Origin: a virus
Lineage: Duplodnaviria; Caudoviricetes
Virus record (IMG/VR): IMGVR_UViG_3300024229_000994
Span: 1-58,877 of that record
Length of the DNA: 58,877 bases
Reading direction: 5' to 3' (one strand)
Part shown: in pieces, positions 39,096-48,945 of the stretch
Numbering within the stretch: position 1 is the first letter of the stretch
How the letters are laid out: each line of letters opens with the position of its first letter
The notes under the pieces: model-generated
Database searches by the model: none
What the model was told of the DNA's origin: nothing
The model's input: only the letters and a program-made list of their open reading frames with translations
Position numbers and translations under genes: made by a program

Positions 39096-39638
39096 ATGAG
39101 ACAAATATATAGTAATTTTTACATCGATACATTTATAAATTTAGATAAATCAATAGAAAATGAACTGAATGATTTAATTACAAATAAAATAGAATATGTT
39201 ATTAATTTAACTGAATATGAACAGCTGAATGTTAATCACCGAATTGCTCTTATAAGTAATGGAATCAAATCATTAGATTTTTTTGATGATCCAGAGCTTC
39301 ATCGAATAAAACGCATACCTCCGCAGAGTAGATCCGGTGAGGAGATTAGCAGTAGAATTACAATACGAGCTCGTATTATAAAGGAAAGAAGTGAATTTTT
39401 ATTAAACCTCAGTGAGATGACAGGTAATATACTTTTTATATGTAACCGTAATAATGTACTATCGCCGTTATTTGTATGTTTAATGATGCACTTACAGTCA
39501 TGTACTGCAAGTCATATAGATAGTATATTAAGAGACAAAGAGGTGGTTACATCTGCTAAATATAAGGCTGATATAAAAAACTATCTTGATAAGTATATAG
39601 ACATAATCTATAATAGTATTAATGAAGTTTCGAAATAA
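39096..39638 (+). CDS. dual-specificity-phosphatase-like protein, degenerate
   Basis: IEYVINLT and GNILFICNRNNVLS resemble DSP motifs but lack the CX5R Arg. Confidence 0.45.
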   Translation: MRQIYSNFYIDTFINLDKSIENELNDLITNKIEYVINLTEYEQLNVNHRIALISNGIKSLDFFDDPELHRIKRIPPQSRSGEEISSRITIRARIIKERSEFLLNLSEMTGNILFICNRNNVLSPLFVCLMMHLQSCTASHIDSILRDKEVVTSAKYKADIKNYLDKYIDIIYNSINEVSK

Positions 39639-40212
39639 ACAGTGCAGCAGCGATCCATTTAATCACTACACATTTACTGATTTTTTTTGTGATAGAGAGC
39701 TAGCTGATATTGATAGTATCAAATTACAGAGTCATTCAGCATCTCTCGACGGAGCGCGCACTACAAACAGTAATAGATTCTTTGTTGATAAGGAAAATAT
39801 GTGGAGTAATTCCGCATTAAATAGAATTGTAGATTTTTTCTTGCGCGATGACATAATTCTTATGTTTGAGCAAGAATCTGGTAAAAGGATAAGAGGTAAT
39901 TATTTACGCGTAGAGTTTATAGAAGATAAAGAAAAATCTTGGCTTGAGCCTCATGTCGATATAAGTGAAAAGATAATGAGCTTTCTAGTTTATCTTAATA
40001 ATACTGATGAATCAGAGAGTATCGGTACTGCTCTATATAATAAAGATAAAGAGTATATTAAAACTGTACCGTATATTAACAATCAGGGGTTTTACTTCTA
40101 CCCGGGAGACGATACATGGCATGGTTTAGAGTCAGTTGATATAAAAAAGCGTAGAAGAGCGGTAATGGTCAATTACTGTACCTTTAAAACGGAATTTAAG
40201 ATTCCTGAATAA
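39622..40212 (+). CDS. 2OG-Fe(II) oxygenase
   Basis: PHVD (HxD), TWHG, RRAVMVNY. Confidence 0.88.
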   Translation: MKFRNKQCSSDPFNHYTFTDFFCDRELADIDSIKLQSHSASLDGARTTNSNRFFVDKENMWSNSALNRIVDFFLRDDIILMFEQESGKRIRGNYLRVEFIEDKEKSWLEPHVDISEKIMSFLVYLNNTDESESIGTALYNKDKEYIKTVPYINNQGFYFYPGDDTWHGLESVDIKKRRRAVMVNYCTFKTEFKIPE

Positions 40213-41086
40213 TAATATACTTTGACAAATATTCAGCTAGTATATCAAATTTTTCTACCTTCTCGGTAACAAAGTTTAAATCTTCATATTGACTTAAAAT
40301 TTCTGAATATTTTTTTCTTAATTTAATAAACGGTATAAAGCTTGTACAAGCGCATGTGATTAGATCGTTGTATATTTCTTCGGCTTTTCCTCTAATAATA
40401 TTGTTACCTCTAACGTTAGAAAAATCTGTCTCTGTTTTTAAAATTTCATATAAGCAGCGATGCTTATCGCCGATATACTTCTTAATATCATTATTACCTG
40501 ATATTAATAAGATAGGCTTGTTATAATCTTCTTGTAGACGTGGTATGATTGTATCCCAAAACTCGTAAATTCTATGATTATCGGGGTTATTAATTTTAAT
40601 ATTAATCGTTAAAAAATCCTTGCTGTACTTAACATATTTTTTTTGAATCTTAATTGGTGGTATTGAGTTTAAGTTTAATATTTCAGTATCATATGTACCG
40701 TCATTATAGTCAACTATAATAAATCTATCATCCGTATTCTTAATATCATACATGCACCCGTTAAACATTTTAAATTCATCTATATTTGGAATATTGAATA
40801 AATTATCAAAATATTGATTCTTTAAGAACCGTAAATACTTTAAATCGTAGAGGACCTGAAGGTTTTGCCTTCGAGTAAAATTGTTAAATTGCTTTGTATG
40901 ATCTTCTATATATGGTATAAACAAACACTGATGATTAAACTTCTTCAATATCGGTATATGACTAGGTTTAGTTAAAAATATCAGGGATCTATTATATTGT
41001 TCTGATAATTTTGTTAATATAATTAACCTCATTATATTAAAACATAGACCTGAACTCTTTACTGATATTAAATAATTAGATTTCAA
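40196..41086 (-). CDS. hypothetical protein, possibly O-fucosyltransferase/NodZ-like
   Basis: SSGLCFNI N-terminal motif and ILLISGNNDIK. Confidence 0.5.
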   Translation of the reverse strand: MKSNYLISVKSSGLCFNIMRLIILTKLSEQYNRSLIFLTKPSHIPILKKFNHQCLFIPYIEDHTKQFNNFTRRQNLQVLYDLKYLRFLKNQYFDNLFNIPNIDEFKMFNGCMYDIKNTDDRFIIVDYNDGTYDTEILNLNSIPPIKIQKKYVKYSKDFLTINIKINNPDNHRIYEFWDTIIPRLQEDYNKPILLISGNNDIKKYIGDKHRCLYEILKTETDFSNVRGNNIIRGKAEEIYNDLITCACTSFIPFIKLRKKYSEILSQYEDLNFVTEKVEKFDILAEYLSKYIIIQES

Positions 41087-41672
41087 TTATATCACCTCGC
41101 CGTTTCATTTTAGAATACCATAATCTTTCCCAGGTATAAGGGTGCATATTAGAGTCATCTCTGTTATGCCGTGGGTCCCAGTACCATCCTGTTTTGAAGA
41201 AATCAAATCCCGTGGTGTATATTTTTTTACGTGGAAATAATTTACGTATAAAATAGAATGTTTTAAAGCCGAGAGAAAAATTAATTTTATCTATTTGATT
41301 AAAAGGGGACATAACCTCACAGAACATATTTTTAAATCCTTCTATATCAGCCTCTGTATTTAGATATAATATATTATGTTTATAATCAGTAAATTCTTTA
41401 TCAATATACTCTCTACTTTCTAAAAAACTTTCCTGGTAATTTAAAGGTACGTTTAATATAACTTTTGTTTTCTTTAACCTTTCTGTACATAGCTTCCAGT
41501 ATATTGTCGAAATTATATCCGTTTTACTACCGACATACTCTTCAAAGCCATCTGTTACATATCTACCTAACCGTACAACTGTATCAAACTCATCTATTAA
41601 TGCGCCATTTTTTTTATCTAGAACAGCTTCACCGTTACCGACGATTATAATATCATGCTCCGAGTGCATCAA
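41076..41672 (-). CDS. GT29 (sialyltransferase-like) protein
   Basis: IIIVGNG..LDKKNGALIDEFDTVVRL..VGSKT sialylmotif-L-like; SLG..GFDFF. Confidence 0.8.
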   Translation of the reverse strand: MMHSEHDIIIVGNGEAVLDKKNGALIDEFDTVVRLGRYVTDGFEEYVGSKTDIISTIYWKLCTERLKKTKVILNVPLNYQESFLESREYIDKEFTDYKHNILYLNTEADIEGFKNMFCEVMSPFNQIDKINFSLGFKTFYFIRKLFPRKKIYTTGFDFFKTGWYWDPRHNRDDSNMHPYTWERLWYSKMKRRGDIIEI

Positions 41673-42369
41673 ATGGAGATGGATTTAAAAGAGTTGGCCA
41701 TTGATTAAAGAGTTTATAAAATTCTAACCCCTTCATATGTTTTCTAAAGTTATCGACATTTTCTATCAGATCGTCCTTTATAAGGTTAGCATCTTTTTCA
41801 AATTCCTCATCATTTGCCTCCTTAATACTCTCATTAATTTCATTAATTGCTTCATCAAGTTTTGTATTTACAAGATTCCAGTATAGCTGCCTAATATCTA
41901 GATTTTCTCGTACATCTGCTTGACTGAAGGTAATTACTCTTTCAGCGCCTAACACTTTTAATTTTTCTAAATCTACAGTATTATTATTAATGACACATCG
42001 TTTAATTTTTTTACTGTCATCTTTACTGAAGCTTTCAATATAACCCTTAGATTGTTCGACTAGCTCGTCAAATTTAATATTTGAAGCATCGTGAGCTTCT
42101 TTATTTATTATAAAGAAATCACTTGAATCGTTAAAAATTTCCTCTTGTTGTATTTTTGACGGTATAGTATTTGTATCGTAAGTAATTATACTTGAATCAG
42201 CTAATTTATCTCTATTAATATTATATTCTAAACTATCTGCAGGGTCAGTAAAGATCAATTGATCATCTTTAATAATAGCCGTACAATCGACGAAATAATA
42301 TTCTTCATTATTGGTATGTAAGCAGAATTTAATATTCCCGCGTATAGCTTTTATTATATCAAATATCAT
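41653..42369 (-). CDS. hypothetical late protein
   Basis: TAAATA 5 nt upstream; C-terminal WP..P reminiscent of fibre-assembly chaperones. Confidence 0.65.
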   Translation of the reverse strand: MIFDIIKAIRGNIKFCLHTNNEEYYFVDCTAIIKDDQLIFTDPADSLEYNINRDKLADSSIITYDTNTIPSKIQQEEIFNDSSDFFIINKEAHDASNIKFDELVEQSKGYIESFSKDDSKKIKRCVINNNTVDLEKLKVLGAERVITFSQADVRENLDIRQLYWNLVNTKLDEAINEINESIKEANDEEFEKDANLIKDDLIENVDNFRKHMKGLEFYKLFNQWPTLLNPSPFDALGA

Positions 42370-42385
42370 TACGGTATTTAGTGGT

Positions 42386-43363
42386 TTAGAAAGTAAATGC
42401 CAGTATACGCGTGAGACCGTTAAATGAGTATGTATTGTGGATTCTATTAGTATTGTAGTTAACTTTACCTATGTTAAATACCATGGATGTACTTATACCG
42501 GTTAAATCATCCTTAATATATACTGTATACGCCTTGCTAGGTAGACCAGTAAATATAAAATTTCTATCACCGGTATGACTTATGTTTTTACAAATTGATT
42601 TTATATTAGGTATTGTAACGGTAACCGTCCCATTACTGAATCCTATAGGGTCTAGTTTAACGACTATATAACCAGAATTTGTTTCACTTATATATTTACC
42701 GGTTCTAGAAGTTCTGATGTTTGCCGTGCCATGAATAACCTGCGCGCCTCTCCAATCACTTAGAGCAGCGTCAACCGGCGTCGGTGTATCTGGTAATTGT
42801 TTAGGTATTTGAACGTTATCCTTTAGTTGATAGTTAGCAGTTACATTTCCGTTGTCCCTAGCTATAGCAATATCTACTATTGGATATTCACTAAAAAAAG
42901 CTATAGGTTCATACACAAATACGTTGCCGAGAGTTCCAATTGGAATATTATTAATACTCGCAGTTCGAGATGAAGGAGATATCTCCACTATCGTTAAGTC
43001 ATAATCAAAATTACTGCTATAACTACCTGCAGGCTTATAATTAGTAATATGACCTTTACTAAAACTACCAGTCTTACCTGCCAATCCATTAAAATTGATA
43101 TTTTTCTTTTGACCTGGCGATAAAGTTAAAGTTTGAGTACCGTATTCAGTACCTTGCCGGTTTAAGGTTACTTTAAGTGTTATATTGCCTGTTGGTTGTA
43201 TATTTTGCAGTACTGTCTGTACTGTTCCAGTTGCTTGGTCAGCGCCGTATAGGCCATACGTTGTACCGCGATATCTCACCTGCCCTAGTATGACAGCTTT
43301 CTGGTTTATAACATCTCGTATTGTTCTTATACTGATATCATTGGTTATAGGTACAATAGGCAT
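42386..43363 (-). CDS. putative fibre/structural protein
   Basis: T/N/G-rich beta-sandwich composition; TAAATA 5 nt upstream. Confidence 0.6.
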   Translation of the reverse strand: MPIVPITNDISIRTIRDVINQKAVILGQVRYRGTTYGLYGADQATGTVQTVLQNIQPTGNITLKVTLNRQGTEYGTQTLTLSPGQKKNINFNGLAGKTGSFSKGHITNYKPAGSYSSNFDYDLTIVEISPSSRTASINNIPIGTLGNVFVYEPIAFFSEYPIVDIAIARDNGNVTANYQLKDNVQIPKQLPDTPTPVDAALSDWRGAQVIHGTANIRTSRTGKYISETNSGYIVVKLDPIGFSNGTVTVTIPNIKSICKNISHTGDRNFIFTGLPSKAYTVYIKDDLTGISTSMVFNIGKVNYNTNRIHNTYSFNGLTRILAFTF

Positions 43364-43374
43364 ACCAATATTTA

Positions 43375-43653
43375 TTATGATTTACTTTTTTTCTTCCAAC
43401 TGACTCGTTTAGAGCTCTTCTTTTTATACATTTTACCTTTTATCTTCTTGCAAGCAGCTTTAGTAGGTCTACATGCAGGGTAACTACCACCGGATTTTTT
43501 AGATTTTCTACCGCAAGGACCTCCTGTTTTGCAGTTTATCCATCCGCTAAACTTTTTACCAGTTTTAGGATCAGTACCTCCGCGTTTAAACCATTTATGT
43601 AAGCTATCGCTTGCTTCAGTAAGATAATTATCAACTAGATCGTCGAATTTCAT
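43375..43653 (-). CDS. small basic Cys-rich protein
   Basis: MKFDDLVDNYLTEA, then LHKWF..WINC..PCGR..YPACRP. Confidence 0.8.
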   Translation of the reverse strand: MKFDDLVDNYLTEASDSLHKWFKRGGTDPKTGKKFSGWINCKTGGPCGRKSKKSGGSYPACRPTKAACKKIKGKMYKKKSSKRVSWKKKSKS

Positions 43654-43910
43654 TTCTTTTTCCAGATTTTACCTTTACGGCATCTAACAATCGCTCCTGA
43701 TTTATAAGCTGAAGTCTTCTTACCATAAACACTATCAGCTTTTCTCTTACAGCGATCCTGTGCATCTTCGCTACTAACTTTACCGCGAGCTTTTGTCTTT
43801 GATTGCTCTTTCTTTTTGTCTTTTTCTATACGTGTACCGGTGTAAGAAGATTTACCTGCACCGCCTTTTCTAACTTTAGTTTGCTCAAAAAAATTAATGA
43901 ATGTATCCAT
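43650..43910 (-). CDS. small basic Cys-containing protein
   Basis: MDTFINFFE, then DRCKRKA..SAYKSGAIVRCRK. Confidence 0.8.
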   Translation of the reverse strand: MDTFINFFEQTKVRKGGAGKSSYTGTRIEKDKKKEQSKTKARGKVSSEDAQDRCKRKADSVYGKKTSAYKSGAIVRCRKGKIWKKK

Positions 43911-43921
43911 ATTAGTATTTA

Positions 43922-44803
43922 TTAATTATCTACTAAGATAACATTATATGATGTTGAAACTGGTACCCCGGTTGCAGTATCATATGCTCTTACTTCAATA
44001 TCAGTCTTTTCTAATGCCTGTAAAGGTACCTTGTAATCTTTAATCGAAAAATTATTTAGAAACATTATATCCTTAGTTCTCATAATAGGTCCGTCATTAG
44101 GTTCAGATAACATTAAGAAAGCCTGAACACCGGAATTATAGACACTCGACCCTACAGACCATTGAGTTATATAACCTGTTTTACCAGCTGGTATAGTGTA
44201 TACACTGGTTTGAGATTGACCGAACCCTTCTTTATTAACACTTGTACCTTTTGTACCGATTGATATAACAGTCGTGCTACCAGCATTTATATCGATATGC
44301 CCTTCATTAGTACCAGTTGAACCAGCTGTTTTAACTAAAGCTCTATATATTCTTAAAAATTCGTTTGTCGACGCTGATCCGCTACTCGTACCATTAGTTG
44401 AAATGACCTCCGTTACAGTGTTATAATTCGAATCTAACCCTTGGATCTCAATAGTTCTCGCACCGGTACCGGTAACCGTATCACCAGAATCATCGCTTAT
44501 AGCTGATACGGTAGACGCTACAGTTAAGTATTCGTATATACCGCCAGTTTCCCAGATTGTTTCTATATCAGCTCCAACAGATAGATTAGCGCCAAACTTT
44601 TCGATATAATCTTGCTGCCCCGTTCCGCTACCAATCCCAGTATTTAAAGGGTCAACTTGCTGTACTAAAACGGCTGATTTATTGAAAACTCCTTGACCTA
44701 AACCACCTGTTACCGCAGGGTATCGAGAATCATTTTCAATCTCAACATATTTCATATAGTTGAGAGTGTTCTCCGGGGTTCTTATATCTGTTTTAATACT
44801 CAT
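43922..44803 (-). CDS. putative virion structural/decoration protein
   Basis: KFGAN..ETIWE..GTGARTIEIQGLD..VYTIPAGKT; S/T/G-rich. Confidence 0.65.
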   Translation of the reverse strand: MSIKTDIRTPENTLNYMKYVEIENDSRYPAVTGGLGQGVFNKSAVLVQQVDPLNTGIGSGTGQQDYIEKFGANLSVGADIETIWETGGIYEYLTVASTVSAISDDSGDTVTGTGARTIEIQGLDSNYNTVTEVISTNGTSSGSASTNEFLRIYRALVKTAGSTGTNEGHIDINAGSTTVISIGTKGTSVNKEGFGQSQTSVYTIPAGKTGYITQWSVGSSVYNSGVQAFLMLSEPNDGPIMRTKDIMFLNNFSIKDYKVPLQALEKTDIEVRAYDTATGVPVSTSYNVILVDN

Positions 44804-44809
44804 AAAAAA

Positions 44810-45130
44810 TTACCACTTTCTGCAAGACCAGTATCTCGCTTTTGTTTTAGGGCCAGGGTTATCGCAATTATGTCTCGCTCTAAAAGATTTACGAGCTTTC
44901 GGATTACTCTTTCTAATTTTCATCGTTTTTTCACCTTTACGTTTAGCAGATGTACCGCCATGTCCAAAGTTGACTTTTTTTACATTACCAGTTTTAGGGT
45001 CTTTTACGTATACTTTAAATTTTTTAACGTCACCTCTTGTTGGCTTGTTAAGAGTTACTTTTCTACCTCTATATTCAGCATCTTCTTCAAATGCTTCCAT
45101 TAAATAAGTATATAATTTATCGAAGGTCAT
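44810..45130 (-). CDS. small basic protein
   Basis: MTFDKLYTYLMEA; KVNFG..RKSFRARHNC..ARYWSC. Confidence 0.8.
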   Translation of the reverse strand: MTFDKLYTYLMEAFEEDAEYRGRKVTLNKPTRGDVKKFKVYVKDPKTGNVKKVNFGHGGTSAKRKGEKTMKIRKSNPKARKSFRARHNCDNPGPKTKARYWSCRKW

Positions 45131-45153
45131 TTAATTATTTAATAAATATTATT

Positions 45154-45693
45154 ATGGATAGTGAAACAAATCTAATATTCGAGCAATATAAACAAGTTAA
45201 TGAGAATATTGGCTTAGGACCGAACGGTATGTCTACCGTAACAATTACAGTAGGATCTAATACTAATCACCCACCGAGACGTCAACCGGGCGGTACAACA
45301 TTTAGTGCATTCAGTGATGAAGAACACGCTGATGTAAAGAAAGAGGAAGAAGCAGTATATATACAAGCAGGTGATGCATCAGATGATGATTGTGGTTGCA
45401 GTGATTGTAATGGCGATCATGACGGTGAAATAGACATGGCGAGGGCTGAATTACTTAAAGCTGCTGAATATGCTACGAAACTATTCAACCATCTTCAAGA
45501 TGTCGATAACTTAGAAGGTTGGACAGCTAGTAAAATTACAAAAGCTTCCGATTATCTATCATCCGTTTACCATGCTTTAGAGTATGATGCTTTAGATGCA
45601 AACGTTGAAGATGAAGAAGTTGATGATGAGCTTGAAATCGACGATTACGATGCTGCAAAGACAGCTAAAGATACAGGTTTCGCAGGAGCTTAA
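45154..45693 (+). CDS. acidic hypothetical protein (putative head-internal)
   Basis: Start re-placed at ATG 45154 (TAAATA + 5); DMARAEL..LEGWTASKITKASDYL. Confidence 0.75.
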   Translation: MDSETNLIFEQYKQVNENIGLGPNGMSTVTITVGSNTNHPPRRQPGGTTFSAFSDEEHADVKKEEEAVYIQAGDASDDDCGCSDCNGDHDGEIDMARAELLKAAEYATKLFNHLQDVDNLEGWTASKITKASDYLSSVYHALEYDALDANVEDEEVDDELEIDDYDAAKTAKDTGFAGA

Positions 45694-45697
45694 GATA

Positions 45698-47608
45698 TTA
45701 GCTTAATATTTGTTTAATTGTAGCTTTATCTTCAGTAGATAATACCTCAGGGGTAAAATATTCGATAGCTTTATCGATATCTGAAGCAATTAACTCTCTT
45801 GTCATTGTACCTGATATACCTTCTGCTTGTAGAGGTATCTTTACAACTCTAACAAGAGGATATTTATCAATATTCTTATCAAAGTACGAATATCTTTTTA
45901 CATCATCATCCTTATCCCCAGCACCGACAATTATATTAACATCTTTATTTTCATCTGCATATTCATACACGGATCTAACAGGAGTTACATTAGCTATAAC
46001 AACTTCAACGGGTTTATCGAGATATTTCGCGTAGATCTCCCATATTTGCTTTGATTGATCGGCAGTAATACCATCCCTATCCTTCTTTCCAATGAATATT
46101 ACTCCTTTGTCAGCATCTTGTAAGATGTAATCGAAAGAATGGAAATGTCCTTTTGTAGGTGGCTTGTATCCTCCTGGATATAAAGCAACAGTCGGTTGTG
46201 TCTCTTCATCTTCACCCATAATTTTTGTATATAGACTACTGAAAGAGTCGTTTATAGGAGCAGATTTTGAGGAAAATCTACCCTTACCATAAAAATCGCC
46301 ACGGGTAGGAGGGTTAGTTATATAAGACTCTTGATCTTCTTTAGTTGCTGGTGAAGTTGGCTTACCAGTACCGAAATTAGCGCGACTAAACTCGCCTCTA
46401 TCAACTAATTTCGTAATTTGAGCACCGTCATCAGTAACTTTCGAAAGAGCAAACCCTTCTGGAGCTGTCGTTTGCCATTCCCCTGGTGCTTCTTCTAGAT
46501 ATGTACCTAATAAGTCATTCTGCGTGATTTCGTTAAAGATTTTAATAAGGTTGTTCTTAAGATTTGCAATAATTTTAGTAATTTCAAATGCATTCTTGAT
46601 AGAAGGTTTAAGTTTTTTAAGAGCTGATAGAGTATTCTTCATCTGCTCTGTCTTTTTCGCTTTACCTTTCTCGCTCTTTAGTTTTTCGATATCCTTTACA
46701 AACTTACCTGATATCCAATTAACAAACTCTTCAGATGAAATAGCTGTATCTTCTAGAAATCTACCGGCTCTTATTTCTGAGTTAATATATGTCTTTAGTA
46801 AAGCGGTATAATCATCTAGAGAACTAAAATCTACTTTATCAGCTAATTTTAAAACTTGTTTTTTCTTCTTTTGAACGTCTTTAAGCAGTAATTTACTGAA
46901 TGATGACTTAGCATTTTTAGGTTTATTAGCTAATACATTAAAGACAAATACGGTACTTGATGGAGAAAACTCTTCCGGAGAAGACGTATATTTCTTAACC
47001 TTTAAAATACCATTTTGAATCATATATTCAATATGAATAGCTACCCCAATCTTTGCTTTATTGATCTCATCACCGTACGGGCTATTTTCTGTAACAGCAT
47101 ACTTAATTGTATTAGGAGTAAATGTAAGAAATCGATTTTCATTCTTAACTCCGTCAATAGTCTGAGGAGTTTCAATTTGCTTCATCTGCGGATCAAACAT
47201 ATAATCCATTTGATAAATACCTTTAAGGTTTAAAGACGGTAAATACCGTAATGCTAACTTAAGCTTATCAGCTAAACCACCAGTACCGTGATTGTTGATA
47301 ATATCTTGCTCAGTATAGTTAATTTTTGGGTTTTTAGCAAACGCTGACTTACTAGCTACAAAAAATTTATTATTAGTATCGACACCTGCGACAATAGCAG
47401 GTGCACCGTCAAATTTAGTCGAAATTTTATAATCAGACTCATCAACAAAGTAAGAAATAGATGATTCTATTTGATTAATAGCTTCTATTACCCCTTGTTT
47501 GCCTTTATTAAGTATATTCTCTTCTAGATGGTCGATATGCTTTACAGCTCCGTCGATAGCATCGAAGAATTCTAAAATTATGCTGTGATGTTGTTTGAAT
47601 GTTTTCAT
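45698..47608 (-). CDS. DUF6267-like ligase-fold domain fused to a HIGH-type nucleotidyltransferase
   Basis: HIDHLEE, TKFDGAPA (KxDG), PEGFAL, TKLVDR; C-terminal YPGGYKPPTKGH and ISGTMTR. Confidence 0.7.
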   Translation of the reverse strand: MKTFKQHHSIILEFFDAIDGAVKHIDHLEENILNKGKQGVIEAINQIESSISYFVDESDYKISTKFDGAPAIVAGVDTNNKFFVASKSAFAKNPKINYTEQDIINNHGTGGLADKLKLALRYLPSLNLKGIYQMDYMFDPQMKQIETPQTIDGVKNENRFLTFTPNTIKYAVTENSPYGDEINKAKIGVAIHIEYMIQNGILKVKKYTSSPEEFSPSSTVFVFNVLANKPKNAKSSFSKLLLKDVQKKKKQVLKLADKVDFSSLDDYTALLKTYINSEIRAGRFLEDTAISSEEFVNWISGKFVKDIEKLKSEKGKAKKTEQMKNTLSALKKLKPSIKNAFEITKIIANLKNNLIKIFNEITQNDLLGTYLEEAPGEWQTTAPEGFALSKVTDDGAQITKLVDRGEFSRANFGTGKPTSPATKEDQESYITNPPTRGDFYGKGRFSSKSAPINDSFSSLYTKIMGEDEETQPTVALYPGGYKPPTKGHFHSFDYILQDADKGVIFIGKKDRDGITADQSKQIWEIYAKYLDKPVEVVIANVTPVRSVYEYADENKDVNIIVGAGDKDDDVKRYSYFDKNIDKYPLVRVVKIPLQAEGISGTMTRELIASDIDKAIEYFTPEVLSTEDKATIKQILS

Positions 47609-48639
47609 TAAATTGTACCTAGAGATGGATCGAGGTCGAGGGTTGTAATTGCCCCAGCTTTGATTATATTTTTATCAATTAGAGTTGATATTTGATCTGT
47701 ACTAAAAATAATATAACGGCTAAAATATTTATTTCTACTTGTATTAACAAAAACAAAATAGTCGACTCCTTCGTGGTTAGCGTAGTTATCGAAGTATATT
47801 TTTGTTAAAGCCTTTCTTACCTCTCTAGAGTCATTGAGATTGATATTATCTAAAATATTGATAATAGTACTATGTGGGTATTCTACCTTCGCAAAAGTTT
47901 TTAACGCGGCGAATATATCTTCACTATTAGCTCCCGGCTCATTAGCTAAATTAGCGATGAGAGTATCGATTCGTTTATCAGATTTATCGTACTGCGTAGC
48001 TAATTGACCTAAAGGTGTTTTATTAAAGTTACTCGCAGCTCTATCTCGCTTACCTAAACGAGCATTAGTACCCTTAGCTTCAAGATATTTACCGTTCCAA
48101 TCTAGATCTCCTTTACTAGCACTCATACTAACATCATCAAAGATAGTAGCTAGAGCAATCTCCCCTCTACCGACTCCTCTACCGCTCTCCGTACCGATGA
48201 GGTTTATTAAATCGCGGACAGTCTCTGGTTTCAACTTAGTTGTCTCAACTACTTTTTCAATTAACATACCAGTATTGCCAATTGTTGAAAGCGCTACCGG
48301 TGTTTCGATATACTGCGCGTACGTTGCAACATCATTATGTTTTGAAAGTATTTGTATAATGAATTTTCTAACATCACCTTCGCTGATAGTTGTTTCTGTT
48401 AAGTTTTGTTTATCGAGGTAATTATATATTTTTTCAGCATACGGTTTAACGCTCAAATGCTTTTTAATAAAATTAACATCCGTTTCCTGGTCTAATAAAT
48501 TTTTACTATCAAGGTCTCTAATAAGCTCAATCAGCTCTTCACCTTGTGGTGTTTCACATAGTTGCTGTCGACGTAGCTTTGGCACTGCCTTACCTGCAGA
48601 TTCCTGAAGATAGATTTGGTCTAATGATTTCCAACTCAT
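47608..48639 (-). CDS. PD-(D/E)xK endonuclease-like protein
   Basis: VGRGEIAL...KGDLDWNGKYLEAKG. Confidence 0.6.
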   Translation of the reverse strand: MSWKSLDQIYLQESAGKAVPKLRRQQLCETPQGEELIELIRDLDSKNLLDQETDVNFIKKHLSVKPYAEKIYNYLDKQNLTETTISEGDVRKFIIQILSKHNDVATYAQYIETPVALSTIGNTGMLIEKVVETTKLKPETVRDLINLIGTESGRGVGRGEIALATIFDDVSMSASKGDLDWNGKYLEAKGTNARLGKRDRAASNFNKTPLGQLATQYDKSDKRIDTLIANLANEPGANSEDIFAALKTFAKVEYPHSTIINILDNINLNDSREVRKALTKIYFDNYANHEGVDYFVFVNTSRNKYFSRYIIFSTDQISTLIDKNIIKAGAITTLDLDPSLGTI

Positions 48640-48944
48640 AACTCAATATCTATATCTGTAGAATAACTTTTCATTAGTTGAAGGATACTACCCAGTACTT
48701 GCTTGGCATTATCTTCATTAACATCAGCAAGATCATTGATATTATCAATGTCTTCTGGATCCAGATTCATTACCATAGCTTTTTTAAGAAGTCTAACATA
48801 CATTACTTCACTTTCCGGTGAAAGAGCTACTGTTACTTCTTCAGCCGGAGCATCTTCTGCTGGTGTTTCAGCACCTGGAGGTGGTGGAGCTTCATCAGCT
48901 TCATTAATTAAATTAAGATCGTATATTTTTTTAAGAAATTTCAT
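48636..48944 (-). CDS. acidic hypothetical protein
   Basis: MKFLKKIYDLNLINEA followed by a P/A/E linker. Confidence 0.7.
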   Translation of the reverse strand: MKFLKKIYDLNLINEADEAPPPPGAETPAEDAPAEEVTVALSPESEVMYVRLLKKAMVMNLDPEDIDNINDLADVNEDNAKQVLGSILQLMKSYSTDIDIEL

Positions 48945-48945
48945 A

